Source of the DNA: Oopsacas minuta
Taxonomy: Eukaryota > Animalia > Porifera
Assembly (NCBI GenBank): GCA_024704765.1
Contig: JAKMXF010000066.1
Location: 62,001-126,000, forward strand
DNA: 64,000 nucleotides
Reading direction: 5' to 3'
Each line of letters begins with the position of its first letter. Position 1 is the first letter of the stretch. Under the pieces are notes generated by a model. The model saw only the letters and a list, made by a program, of their open reading frames with translations, ran no database searches and was not told the DNA's origin. Of the stretch, positions 37,019 through 47,930 are shown piece by piece. Position numbers and translations under genes: made by a program.

Positions 37019-38287
37019 TCAAAAGAATTGTAGACAATTAGTATTCTTATCACTTACCACTATAATGTGTCCTGTGTTGTCTAGCACTATTCCAAATGGG
37101 TTATAGAACTCCCCGATACCCTGACCTTTCTTCCCGAACTTGTGTATCTGTTCTCCCTCCTGATTGAATACCGACACACAGTGATCACTATAGTCACTCA
37201 TAATGATGTTATAGTCTCTGTCTATGTCGAAACGTATTGGATTGTTTGTTTGTTTGCCAATACCTCTAGTTATCAGTCTGTTGATTAGAACGTGATCTGA
37301 ATTGAACACAAACATACACGGATCACTCCCATCTAGCACCAATACTCTGTCTCTTGTAACCTTAACGTCACGCGGATTGTTAAACAAGCCTATTCCTAGC
37401 ATGGAATTGAACTTGAGTTTTTCAGTTAAGATTTGAACTCTATAATTATCACGATCACATACGTATACATTGCTATTCCTATCAGAGGTATCTAGACCCT
37501 GTGGATGGTAGAACTGAACTTCTCCATTCCCTTCACCACCAACACTCCTGATTAGTTTCCCTTCTAGCTCGTACATATTAACACAATGACCTTGCACTTG
37601 TGTAACAAACACTTTATTCTGAGATATGCAGATACCTACTGGTTTGTTCATCTTCTCACTGAACATGAAGAGATAGTCTCTGTTACTGCTAAATACTTGT
37701 ACACGATTGTTGTCACGATCCGTTATGTAAATGTTTCCAGTTTGGTAATGTACTGCTATACCTCTGGGAACGTTAAGTTCTCCTGGAGCTTTGTTGTCTG
37801 ATCTCTTACAGCAGTAAGCAGTAGGCAGCAGTTTAACCTTGTAGTCAGGTACAACAGGCTTCACTTGAGGAGGGAAGGTGCGGGTGGGAGGTATGTTAGT
37901 CTGACCGTTAAGCATAATACTCCCTAGCTGTCCTATGTCAGTCTCGAATTGATTGTTCCATTCAAACTTAATACTACTGTCTGTATCAGCTGTTAGTTCT
38001 GTTATTTTGTTTTCGATTATTGAACTAATTTGTTTGTGGGCTTCAGCAAGTTTATTAGCGGAGAGAGTCACTGTAGCTTGCGCCATTTCTTTGTTCAAAG
38101 CTTCGACCAATGAATTCATTTCTTGAGTTTTGTCATTATAATCTTCCTCAATTTCATCAATACGAGAGAGGAGGATACTCTCTCTGAGTTGTAGAGCTTC
38201 ATGTGACCTCTTGAAGCAGTCTCTAATCTTCTTTCTACTCTCTTTTACTTGTTCGATAAAGTTTCTATTCACTGCTTCGCTAGCCAT
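37019..38287 (-). CDS. Coiled-coil + NHL-repeat beta-propeller protein (TRIM-NHL-like, without RING/B-box)
   Basis: N-terminal coiled coil, then about six NHL repeats (PRGIAVH..IYITDRDNNRVQVF, PQGLD..VYVCDRDNYRVQIL, PFGIVLD..IIVVSD); intronless. Confidence 0.9.
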   Translation of the reverse strand: MASEAVNRNFIEQVKESRKKIRDCFKRSHEALQLRESILLSRIDEIEEDYNDKTQEMNSLVEALNKEMAQATVTLSANKLAEAHKQISSIIENKITELTADTDSSIKFEWNNQFETDIGQLGSIMLNGQTNIPPTRTFPPQVKPVVPDYKVKLLPTAYCCKRSDNKAPGELNVPRGIAVHYQTGNIYITDRDNNRVQVFSSNRDYLFMFSEKMNKPVGICISQNKVFVTQVQGHCVNMYELEGKLIRSVGGEGNGEVQFYHPQGLDTSDRNSNVYVCDRDNYRVQILTEKLKFNSMLGIGLFNNPRDVKVTRDRVLVLDGSDPCMFVFNSDHVLINRLITRGIGKQTNNPIRFDIDRDYNIIMSDYSDHCVSVFNQEGEQIHKFGKKGQGIGEFYNPFGIVLDNTGHIIVVSDKNTNCLQFF

Positions 38288-38556
38288 TTCTTAGAGTTGA
38301 ATTCTACTCAAATCAAGATTGATTTAATAGATACTTTAATTGGCCTAATAGTATTATAAAACACACATACAAAATACATAGAATAGTTTACTAATTATTG
38401 CCATCACTAGTAATATTATCCCCATCTCTTATTTCATATGTATAATATACCATTTTTAATTTAAAAGATTTTTTGCGTATAGACAAGGTCTAAGCTTTAA
38501 CATTAAGGAGAGTTCTCATAATTTAAGAATGAATTTGTCCCTCAATTCTAAAAGCA

Positions 38557-38880
38557 GTATTGGTGCTAGATAAGAGTCACTCGTGTATGTTTGTGTTCAA
38601 TTCAGATCATGTTCTAACCAACAGACTGATAACCAGAGGTGATTGCAAACAAACAAACGAGCCATTCTGTTTCTACATAGACAGAGACTATAACATTATT
38701 ATGAGTGACTACAGTAATCACTGTGTGTACGTATTCAATCAGGAGAGATAATAGATACACAAGTTTGGGAAGAAAGGTCAGGGTATCGGGGAGTTCATTA
38801 ATCCATGGGAAATAGCATTAGACAACACAAGACACATTATAGTTGTGTGTCATATGATTACTAATTGCCTACAATTCTTC
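38557..38880 (+). pseudogene. Inverted partial duplicate of the 3' quarter of the 37019-38287 NHL gene
   Basis: High nucleotide similarity to the reverse complement of ~37022-37345; a 1-nt deletion and a stop near 38747. Confidence 0.85.
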
Positions 38881-39260
38881 TTACTTGCATTACTTATGCC
38901 ATTCTACTTGTAATTTGTATTACAAGTAAAGTGAACAGTATTCATTACATAAGGTCCGAGAGAAATCTTAATCTGAATTGCTATATGATGTAAAGTCCAA
39001 ATTACTTTCATAATATTATATTAAGGAGAATATGTCTTATAATAATACAGAAATAAACAATATTTTCAGAAGCTAAGATTTTTGATACTTTATTAATAAT
39101 CTACAAAGATTTGTGAGTTATTTTGTATTGAGCAAGTGAATATAATCTGTTTATGTAACTCTTAAAGCTTTAGATGCCTATTGACAATGACAATGCGGTG
39201 TGACTATGAGCTGCTTTGGAACAGAAGCAGCTCAGGTAAACCAACATTGGTGAAAATAAT

Positions 39261-39379
39261 CAAGGTTGAAACCGATCAAACCGAAAATCAGTATTCAGGA
39301 ATAGCAACCTAACCAAATACTGATAGTATTCGGTTTGGATCAACTGAATATCGAATACTGATATTCGGTTGCAACCTTG
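39261..39379. mobile_element. hAT MITE, CAAGGTTG family (119 bp)
   Basis: TIR caaggttg/caaccttg, internal aaccgaatactgatattcggtt repeats; gtgaaaat occurs on both sides (left copy offset by 3 nt). Confidence 0.75.
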
Positions 39380-40181
39380 GTGAAAATGTACACTTTGTGG
39401 TTGATATTGGTAATTTTATACTATATTATTTTTCTAAAGTGAATTTTTACGATCAAAATGATATATTGTTCAATAATGTTTAATATGTTTTCGCTCTGCT
39501 CTTCACACCTTTAGAGATTAAGACACCAAATTTGGCATGTATACTATACTCGTAGTGACAGCTAGTTGTGTACCTGACATTTGAAAATTTCTAATGTGTA
39601 TATTTTCACACCTTTTGACACCTCTGTATTTTCGCCCAATCAGATTGCAGGGTTTTGGCGCTTAGGCATAAATGCATAAAATTAGTTCCAGTGGAGTATG
39701 TGATTTAATTAGCACTGCAATGAATTTGTATTGAACATGGACTGCAATTCTATTTATCAATACATTCGGTTAAATATATATACACTGATAATAAGATTAA
39801 TCATATTTCACACCTTTTGGTGAACATTTCAAAATTGTCGTAGAGATTAGCTTCCATTGTTAAATAGGGGTAACGAGGGACGTAGAATTCGATTTTGACA
39901 TCATTGAATGTATAACAAGATTAGTAAATTTCAATTTTATCTTTCTTTGCTAAAGTGGATATAATCGGCATTCAGTGGAATTTATAGTTTCAATAATCCG
40001 CTAAGATTAATTTGATAGAATTTAGCAGACAATGATTTGAGATTTTTGCTTTGAATTTAAAACTGTCATTTAATGCCTCTTACAATAATCAGGTTTGTTA
40101 AGTGCTTTCGCCTGCAGGAATTTTAAATATAGTATACCAATAGAATATATTAGATGAAAAAAATTGATTACACTACAACAA

Positions 40182-41635
40182 ATGGACTTTGCAAAGTTAG
40201 GAAAACTTCTGGGGATTCTTCAAGGAAAACAAAGTGATGGGGAGGGAACAAAAGAAATACTAAGTAAATTTGCAGGGGAAATTCAAAATAATAGCGACGA
40301 AGGTGAAAACAATCCCAAAATGAAAGAAATATTGGATAATCCATTGGAAGCTATCCAAAATAATGAAAAGTTAAGAAACGCCGTGTTTGCGCAACAGAAA
40401 CAAATGGGTTGGAATATTTTACCAACAACAAGTGAATACGTTACGAAAGATAACTCCACTGATCTCGGGTTAATCAAACTGAATCATAGATACGAATAAA
40501 TCTCCATTGGGAAATGAAACAGGTTTAGTGAACATTTTGATGTTTGGAAAGAGTGGTTGTGGACAAACTACATACATTACTTTCCTATCTAACTAAGAAC
40601 AATCAGTTGAAAGGTATAGACTCAATGTCTACTCAACAGTTCTATGCTGAAACCATTGATATACAAAGCAAAGGAGGAATGGCTAAAGTACGAATCCACG
40701 AATCTCCAGGCATGTGTAGTGGTTTTGAAATTCCACAACTGGAAGAACACTGGGACAGATTAATAGAAAGTGTGAATAAAGACGGAGGAGTGAGTATCTT
40801 CCTTCCCTTGATAAAGTCAAATGAAAGAATCATCTCACAATTGATTGATGAACTGAAAGGGTTTTCAGAATTGTATTTCGAGGAGAAAGAAGAATTGTGG
40901 AAGAGAACTGTAGTTGTGTTCACAACAATCGATGAACTGAATGGATATAGCACATTTGAAGAGAGAGTTGCTAAGCTGGAATCACAGATAGCAATGTGAG
41001 GTATGGAGAAAGTGAAAGGAATAATTGATCAAACTGGTAACAAATGTCTTTACGTTAGTTGTATCGATCAAGCAGATAAATAACGTCTACTATTCGACCT
41101 TAAAGACCGAATAATTTCCATTTATCCGAATTTCAAGCGAATTTTTCATGATGAAAGCGTTTCAGAGGATAATAATCCTCAGCTAGAAAAACACGACGCC
41201 ATTCCAAATCTCAATATATTACTGAATCGTAATGACGAGATAGCAATCGTTTCCAAACCACAGCATATGGTTCAAAGCACGCAATTAGGATCTGAAAATT
41301 CCATATTGTCTTAAACTTATCCACCAAATTCCAATCAATGCTTAAATATGTCGGAATTTGCAGACACTCCACTACATGCTAGTACAATGTGTGAACCTAC
41401 ATCTGTGTATCATACTGAAAACTTCGAGTTAAGTCAATCCGCAACGAACCTGGATTTTCTACAGCAATTAAATCGAGAACAATTACTCACGCTTTTGCAA
41501 CAAATGTGTAAAGATAGGAAATTCCTTAAAGATTGTCGTAAAACTCACAGTATATTATTCACTCGTGATAGTGTATCATCTTCTACGACTGTGAAACGAC
41601 CGAGGAGAGATAAGAAATGGTATCACTGGTACTGA
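40182..41635 (+). pseudogene. Divergent AIG1/GIMAP-like P-loop GTPase pseudogene
   Basis: NILMFGKSGCGQTT P-loop broken by a 4-nt (taca) duplication near 40572; G3-like RIHESPG; G4-like VVFTTID; in-frame stops at 40997, 41081 and 41312. The 41348-41635 ORF lies in the same frame. Confidence 0.65.
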
Positions 41636-41799
41636 ATATGTCTACTTACAATAACAATATACTACTTACACATGCGGATATATGGAAGTTATAATTTATG
41701 TCGTATTGAATTTCTATATATTTGTTAACTGCATTAGTTTTTGCTACCGCTGCTCTCTCGAAACTCCGTCACGGTCCAAATATGTAAATTGATATTATA

Positions 41800-41923
41800 A
41801 TGCAGTTGACATCCGTTATCTCGAATATTTGCTTGCTCGAAAGAACTTCATTTTCCTTCGACTCAAAATATTAGCATTCTAATACCCTTTATCTCGGCTA
41901 GAGATACCGGATGTCTACTGCAT
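41800..41923. mobile_element. Tc1/mariner-type MITE (CAGTTGACATCCGTTATCTC family)
   Basis: 23-bp inverted repeats with 2 mismatches; a related right end lies at 52560-52579. Confidence 0.7.
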
Positions 41924-41995
41924 AGGTTTTTATAATATTATTCTAAATACTTCTTATGCTTGCAAAACTATTTTTAAGATTATTCGCGTTTATTC

Positions 41996-43013
41996 ATGGG
42001 AAATACACACAGAGGTACAGTCGTCAGAAAGAAAGATTACGGCAATTATACGGTTATGTTGGTTGGGAATATGGGTGCAGGAAAGAGCAGTCTTGGAAAT
42101 TTTCTACTGAAGAAAGAACATTTTGTAGTCGCGGACAGTTTGGCACGAGTAACAGATAAGAACATGTGTGAATGCAGGAGTCTACCGGGTGGTCTTACTC
42201 TAAGGATTATCGACGCTCCAGGATTTGGAGACTTTAGGAAAAGCGAATAAGTCAAGAAGGACCTAGCTGATGCTTTCTATGAAGCTAAAGATGGTGTAGA
42301 TGCGTTTCTGTTTGTGATAAGTGCAACTGAACCAATTGGAAAAGAAATGGTTTCACATTTTCAATGTTTAAAAAGTTTATCCGCCATGAACATTTCTATG
42401 ACTACGTAATACCTGTGTTCACTAAGGTTGATCAGAAGTTACAGACAAAAGGTGAAAAGGACATCTACTCCTATGAGAAACAAGAACGATTAATTAATAG
42501 CGAACTTGAAAACAAACAGTTGGAAATTTTCAAGGACAAAATTATTGCAAGAACTAAACAAAATTGGATGTGTATTTCTTCTACATCTAAAGATGAATTC
42601 TACTACAGAGTTTTAATACAAAGAATGATTCAAACTATTGAAAGCATTCGTATTGAAAGACATGCAATGGTTTGCACTAGTAACATTATGGATAAGGCAA
42701 GAGACCTGGATGAATTCGAGAAAGAGAGAAACAGGAGAGCAGAACAACAAGAAGTGAAGAGGGTAGTTGTTGGATTGCTGCTGCATATCTTGACTAATCA
42801 AATGCAAGGAGACTAGTTTGATGAAATATTCGTGACGACAAGGAACAGCAGGGAAAGAATGCAGAAAAGAAGGAGGCAGACAAAACGGAAGCAATTGATA
42901 AAGAAAGAGACAGCAAACCGTCTGCAAGTAAAGAACCTTCTGATTCAGCTACAGTTACTGCTGCTGATAATCCGCGATTGCTAAGTATTGAAGTAAAGAG
43001 CAAACCAATATAA
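41996..43013 (+). pseudogene. GIMAP-like pseudogene, close paralog of 31137-31901
   Basis: Collinear with the intact copy. CAA>TAA at 42248, a 1-nt deletion near 42361 (ttt-caatg vs ttcgcaatg), and a further stop and frame change in a longer charged C-terminus. Confidence 0.9.
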
Positions 43014-43467
43014 GGAACATTGTTACTATTACTATAGTTATTGTATAAGTGTATTTATCATGTTTGTAAATATATAAATGTGAATTCCTCTTTATATTAT
43101 TTTAATTGGTTTGCGATTTCTGTATGCTGCCTAAGGATATGTAATAAGGGGCATCAAGGTATCGAGAATTATTTATGAATTTCATTCTGAGCAATTTCTA
43201 AATATGAGACAAAATAGTTTAAAATACGTGAGTAACAAAATGGAACTCCTTTCGTTTGCACAGGATACGAAATATATGTCACTACACATTGAAATTATGC
43301 TGTGAAGCATGACACTTCTACGAAAAACTTGATACTTCCAATTGTCGTAATAATACACCATTTTATTAACTTTTATTGTATAAATAAATAATCTCAGCAG
43401 TTAACCGCTTAACCAGCCTACGAATTTAGCCAAAGTTGCTGAATAAAATGATATTTAAAATATACGA

Positions 43468-43870
43468 GCCGCTTCGCTTGCTAGCACTGTGGGGCTTGCG
43501 GACATAAAGTGTTCGCATGGGGCTCGGCACGTCGTGCCTCGAATTTAGCAAAGTATAAAATTGCAAATTTGGATTAATAAATTAATATTTCAGCAATTAT
43601 TTAATTGATATTCATACAAACAACAAAGCATTTACATAAAAGAAACTTAAATATGCGAAATTCGGATACAGCGCCCGTTGTTATCCATCTATAGCCGTTA
43701 AGAGCAAGTCTCTACTTGAGAACGCGAAATTGGATTCAGCGTACTTGATTCCCTCTATATGTCTGTTGGTAGCAAGTCTAAGTATATTTCGAGATTTCAA
43801 CTGCTGTTTACTTTATATGCCTAAACAACAACAAATAATGTTACATAAAGTGCCTAGACATATGCTCAAT
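43468..43870 (+). repeat. Well-preserved copy of the dispersed AT-rich repeat family
   Basis: cgcttcgcttgct...ggctcggcac..gcctcgaatttagcaaagtataaaattgc...aaattcggatacagc...agccgttaagagcaagtctcta; the inverted counterpart is at 36400-36790. Confidence 0.75.
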
Positions 43871-44527
43871 ACTGATAATATAAAGTTCATCTCTTCAAAA
43901 TATTTCTACTTAATATTTTACCAAATATACTTTGAATTTATTTATACAAGTACCCTTGTGTCGGTATATTGAGACTACTATATACATACTCTTCGTGACA
44001 AATATTATCATTTTACTTCGAAAGATAGTTTATCTTCACCTTTGAACTCTTCGTAACATTTTAACAGGAGTTATGTATATACGTACTAGACATGTAAAAT
44101 TGATTAAATCAGCTTTCTGAGTTTATTGCTGTATCATGTTTACTCCAAAGCTCATTTAGGAAGTCGCATAATAGTTATAACTTAAAATGAGATTTGTTGT
44201 TAAATCCAATGTTTACGTTACAAAATATTCTATATTTTTTGTGCGTAATTGTATGAAATCTTCAGTTCATCAATTAAATAACATGAAAATGCAAAATTCG
44301 GATTCAGCATACTTTGTTATCCTATTGTAGTCGTTAAGAGCAAGTCTCTACGTATATTTTGAGATTTCAACTATTTGTTGAATTTATTTTGATAAAAACA
44401 CCAAATAAATTTACATGTGATTAATTCAAATTGTGAAAATAGGATTCTATATATTCGATATATTTAGTCAAGTTTTATTGAATTCTGTTTACTTTCTTGC
44501 CCTACGACCATAAGGTATTACGTCATA

Positions 44528-45115
44528 TGCGGGTCAAAAACCTACTCATAGATTATGGGACGCATGCGTTAGTCCTAATCCATATGTAGACGTTGGTCCT
44601 ACCTGTGAATTAATCATTACTTTCTGTTTCTCCTCACTTTGTAGACGTTAGTCCTACTCTTTTTAGTAGTAGAAGTTATTCCTACCTGCAAAATGTATTA
44701 CATTCATTTGATTTTACCCTTTAATGTTGGACATTTGATAGCTAGGTTTAATGCTCATATTCTCGGCTAAATGCAATCTAGTTAGATAATCCAAGTAAAT
44801 TCCAATTCAATCACCTTCTTGGTGAGTTATATAGACACTTGCCAACACGGAGGGACGTCAGGGAAAATTCCAGCCAACTCTCAGGGCCAAGATCCAGCGC
44901 TAATGCCATGAAAATCCATCACTACTATCCAATTAGTGTAATTAAATCCTCATACTCTCGGTTGTCTTAACTGTGAAACAAAGACTAATGCCAGTAATGT
45001 CTACTCCTGAAAAGAGTAGGACTAACATCTACAAATCAGAATTAGGACTAACGCCTACATGTGGAGTAGGACTAACGTCGCTCCCCCATAGATTATATCG
45101 TAGGATTGACCCGCA
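44528..45115. mobile_element. Foldback-like non-autonomous element with arrays of gtaggactaacgtc units in inverted orientation
   Basis: tgcgggtcaa..cctac left end mirrors gtaggattgacccgca right end; repeated gacgttagtccta units on the left and taggactaacgtc units on the right. Confidence 0.6.
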
Positions 45116-45649
45116 CCATGGATATGCTATATGCAGAGGGTTTCAATGGATTACGGACTAACGGATTACAAATCCACCAAATCCTTAATTTACACATTTT
45201 CGAATGGATTTGGAAAAATTCTCAAACCATTCCAAAATCCCTAAAACGGATTTGGTAATCATTCTCAAATATATCCAAACCCCTGACCCCCACTTCAACT
45301 AGCTCTACACGGTGCAGGTATTATTCAAGGGAGTGATATCAAAACCTAGTATTAGATCCTATTATGTTAGGTAATGGCAACAAATAGATGCAAATATCTA
45401 GTATCGTGTTTTGCAATCCAATTTTCAATTGAAAATCACCTAGTTACAATTCTACACTAAATAAAGCCCCTATTTTGTGAAGATATACATAGTACTAGAA
45501 ATTAGTTTATGTTAAAGGGTTCTTGTGATAGTATTAAATTGCAGGATAATGGGGGTGTTTCAAAACAGCTGCTAGACGTCCATTCTGCATGCGCTACCCA
45601 TATTTAGATTAAGCCTGACCCACACATGGTTATCCAGATTGAAAAATTA

Positions 45650-46000
45650 TGAATCAGACATGCATCTGTCCGGTGATTTTACGAACCGAACCGGACCGCC
45701 GTTGAGTTTTTCTGAACCGTTCGGACCGATAAACCAGTCCAGATCGGTGGACCGGTCCAGACCTATCGATGTGACACCTTTTATGATACTGATCTAGATG
45801 ATAAATGATTAAGAAATTTACATTTTAGAGCGGTTAATTGAATCCACGCGTGTTTATCCTTTTCTAAATTCAGATAACATGTGTATGTGCTTGTAACAGG
45901 CATGCAGCAGTTCAGCAATTTCGGGGACCGGTCCAGACCAATGGGGCTATCCGGACTGTTAGATCCAATTTTCGGACAGACCGAACTGAAACCGGTCAGA
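45650..46000. mobile_element. Degenerate GC-rich MITE cluster (ggaccggtccagacc motifs)
   Basis: Two ggaccggtccagacc copies and cag(a/g)catgca-type ends; the structure was not resolved. Confidence 0.4.
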
Positions 46001-46458
46001 AAGAATCATGTGGTTGACAAAGCGCACTTTTTGACTAATTTGAGCTACGAAATGTCTAATTATTGCTTCCCTAGAGGTTAAGATCGATATGGCTCTCCAA
46101 TTATACCGACTACCGAGCTAGCTATTGAGCAGGCAAAGACATTCTTCTATTGCAACATGTTTCCGATAATTCTGATAAACTTGGATCTTTCTTTTGAAAG
46201 TTTGAGAGAGAATTTTTTGGAGTGGTTTTGTTGTCTCTTTGAATTTTTAATCTTTATTTATGCTCATTGAATTGCAGGCTCATAAACTCATTTAAGTTAT
46301 TAAACAACTATCGCTTGTGTCCATTTGAGAAGCCCTAATAACATGATGATGTTCTCAATTTTGGCAATAAATATCTACTTTCTCTTGCTTTGAAGTTATT
46401 TACTACCTCCACCATATATTTATTAGGGTATTCACTGTTCAACTCTACCAACCTTTCT

Positions 46459-47622
46459 ATGAATTTCCTCTCTAACCTATCAACTAAATCTCTCGTCTCG
46501 TTCATAGTGGGTGTAGGTACAGGCGTTACAGTATACATTATATATGATGTAGTGAAGAACAGGCGTAAATGTAAGGAAGTTGATTATTACGAGACTACCA
46601 TTCAACTGAATGAATACATGTGCTTACATTACGCAAAAGAGCAAGATTTTGATTATCCTGACCTCTTGCCTGTGAATGGACTATACTTCCCCTTGAGATG
46701 TGCACAGGTGTGTCTTGACTTCTGTTCACAGAGAGGTCGTGCATTAGATGTAGGCTGTGCTGTCGGGAGGTCTAGCTTTGAACTGGCTAGAGGTTTCTCT
46801 GATGTTTTAGCTATTGATTATTCTCAGAGATTTGTAGATGCTGGCAGTCAACTGGTTAGAGACGGAGAGATGGAGTATGTTATCCTAGAGGAGGGAGTGT
46901 GTGGTAAAACTGCTACAGCTCTAGTAGATTCTGATATTGAGCGGAGTAGAGTTAAGTTTATGAAAGGAGATGCTTGTAATCTCCCTTATAGCATTGGGAC
47001 GTTTGACTGTATCTTGGCAGCTAATTTGATTTGCAGGTAGTGTTTATTGTTTATTTGTATACTCATGTGTTTTAGAAAAATTCTGATTGGAATTATAATT
47101 GATGTATTTAACCTTTTAATCCCTCCCGATGTTTGTAAAATATGAATTTTACCTTAAGGAAGTATACCTGACCCTTCTAGCAAACTCTAAAAGTGTACAT
47201 TCATTCAGGATCCTGTGATTACCCACTCTCCTTAGCGTTTAGATCAAGTTCCCATTTTCGTTAGCAATAAAGCTGTTATCGAGTTATGATTACGTCAGTT
47301 TAAATGATTTATTTCTAGATTACAGAATCCCCTCAGTTTCTTGGGAAGAGTCTTCTCTCTCCTCAACCCAGACGGTATCCTAGTATTAACTACTCCCTTC
47401 ACCTGGAGCTCTAAATTCACTCCACAAGATCTCTGGTTAGGAGGGACATATGACAACAATGTTGATTCCAAGTCTAGTTTTACTGAATTGAAGAAAATAT
47501 TAGAGGTTGATTTTGAATTGTTGGAGACTAGAGATATGCCATTCTTGCTAAAAGAGACTCGAAGGAAGCATCAATGGACAGTCTCTCTATGTAGTGTGTG
47601 GAGGTTGAAAATGGCTCATTGA
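46459..47622 (+). CDS. SAM-dependent methyltransferase of the OvoA C-terminal (mercaptohistidine N-methyltransferase-like) type with an N-terminal membrane anchor; exons 46459-47036 and 47319-47622
   Basis: A phase-2 intron gives ANLICR|LQNPLSFL. Motifs YYET..LNEYMCLHY, FPLRCA, RALDVGCAVGRSSFELAR.F.DVLAIDYSQRFV, KGDACNL, GILVLTTPFTW..FTP..WLGG and DMPFLLKETRRKHQWTV. Confidence 0.85.
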
Positions 47623-47798
47623 GTATATGGCGAATATCACTTCATAGGAATATAATTACGATCGCTTATTCGAAATTTATTTAATTCTTATCTGTATTTT
47701 CATTTTATTATGTATCTTATAACTCATCAATACTAACTAATATTTGGTTTGAGATTCGATCTCATCTTCAAGTGTCACCAGATGTCTCATCGGTAGAT

Positions 47799-47856
47799 AA
47801 CTGAATATCCATTATTCTCCAAATATTTTTCGGTTGAACCAAATATTGAACTATTC
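47799..47856 (+). mobile_element. Relic of the CAAGGTTG hAT MITE family
   Basis: ccaaatatttttcggttgaaccaaatattgaactattc matches the 3' part of 57857-58023. Confidence 0.55.
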
Positions 47857-47930
47857 CTTTGCAAAGTTTATCCACATATTACCCCCTATATATCTATCAG
47901 AATGTTTAATCCAGGAACTATTAGGCCGCA

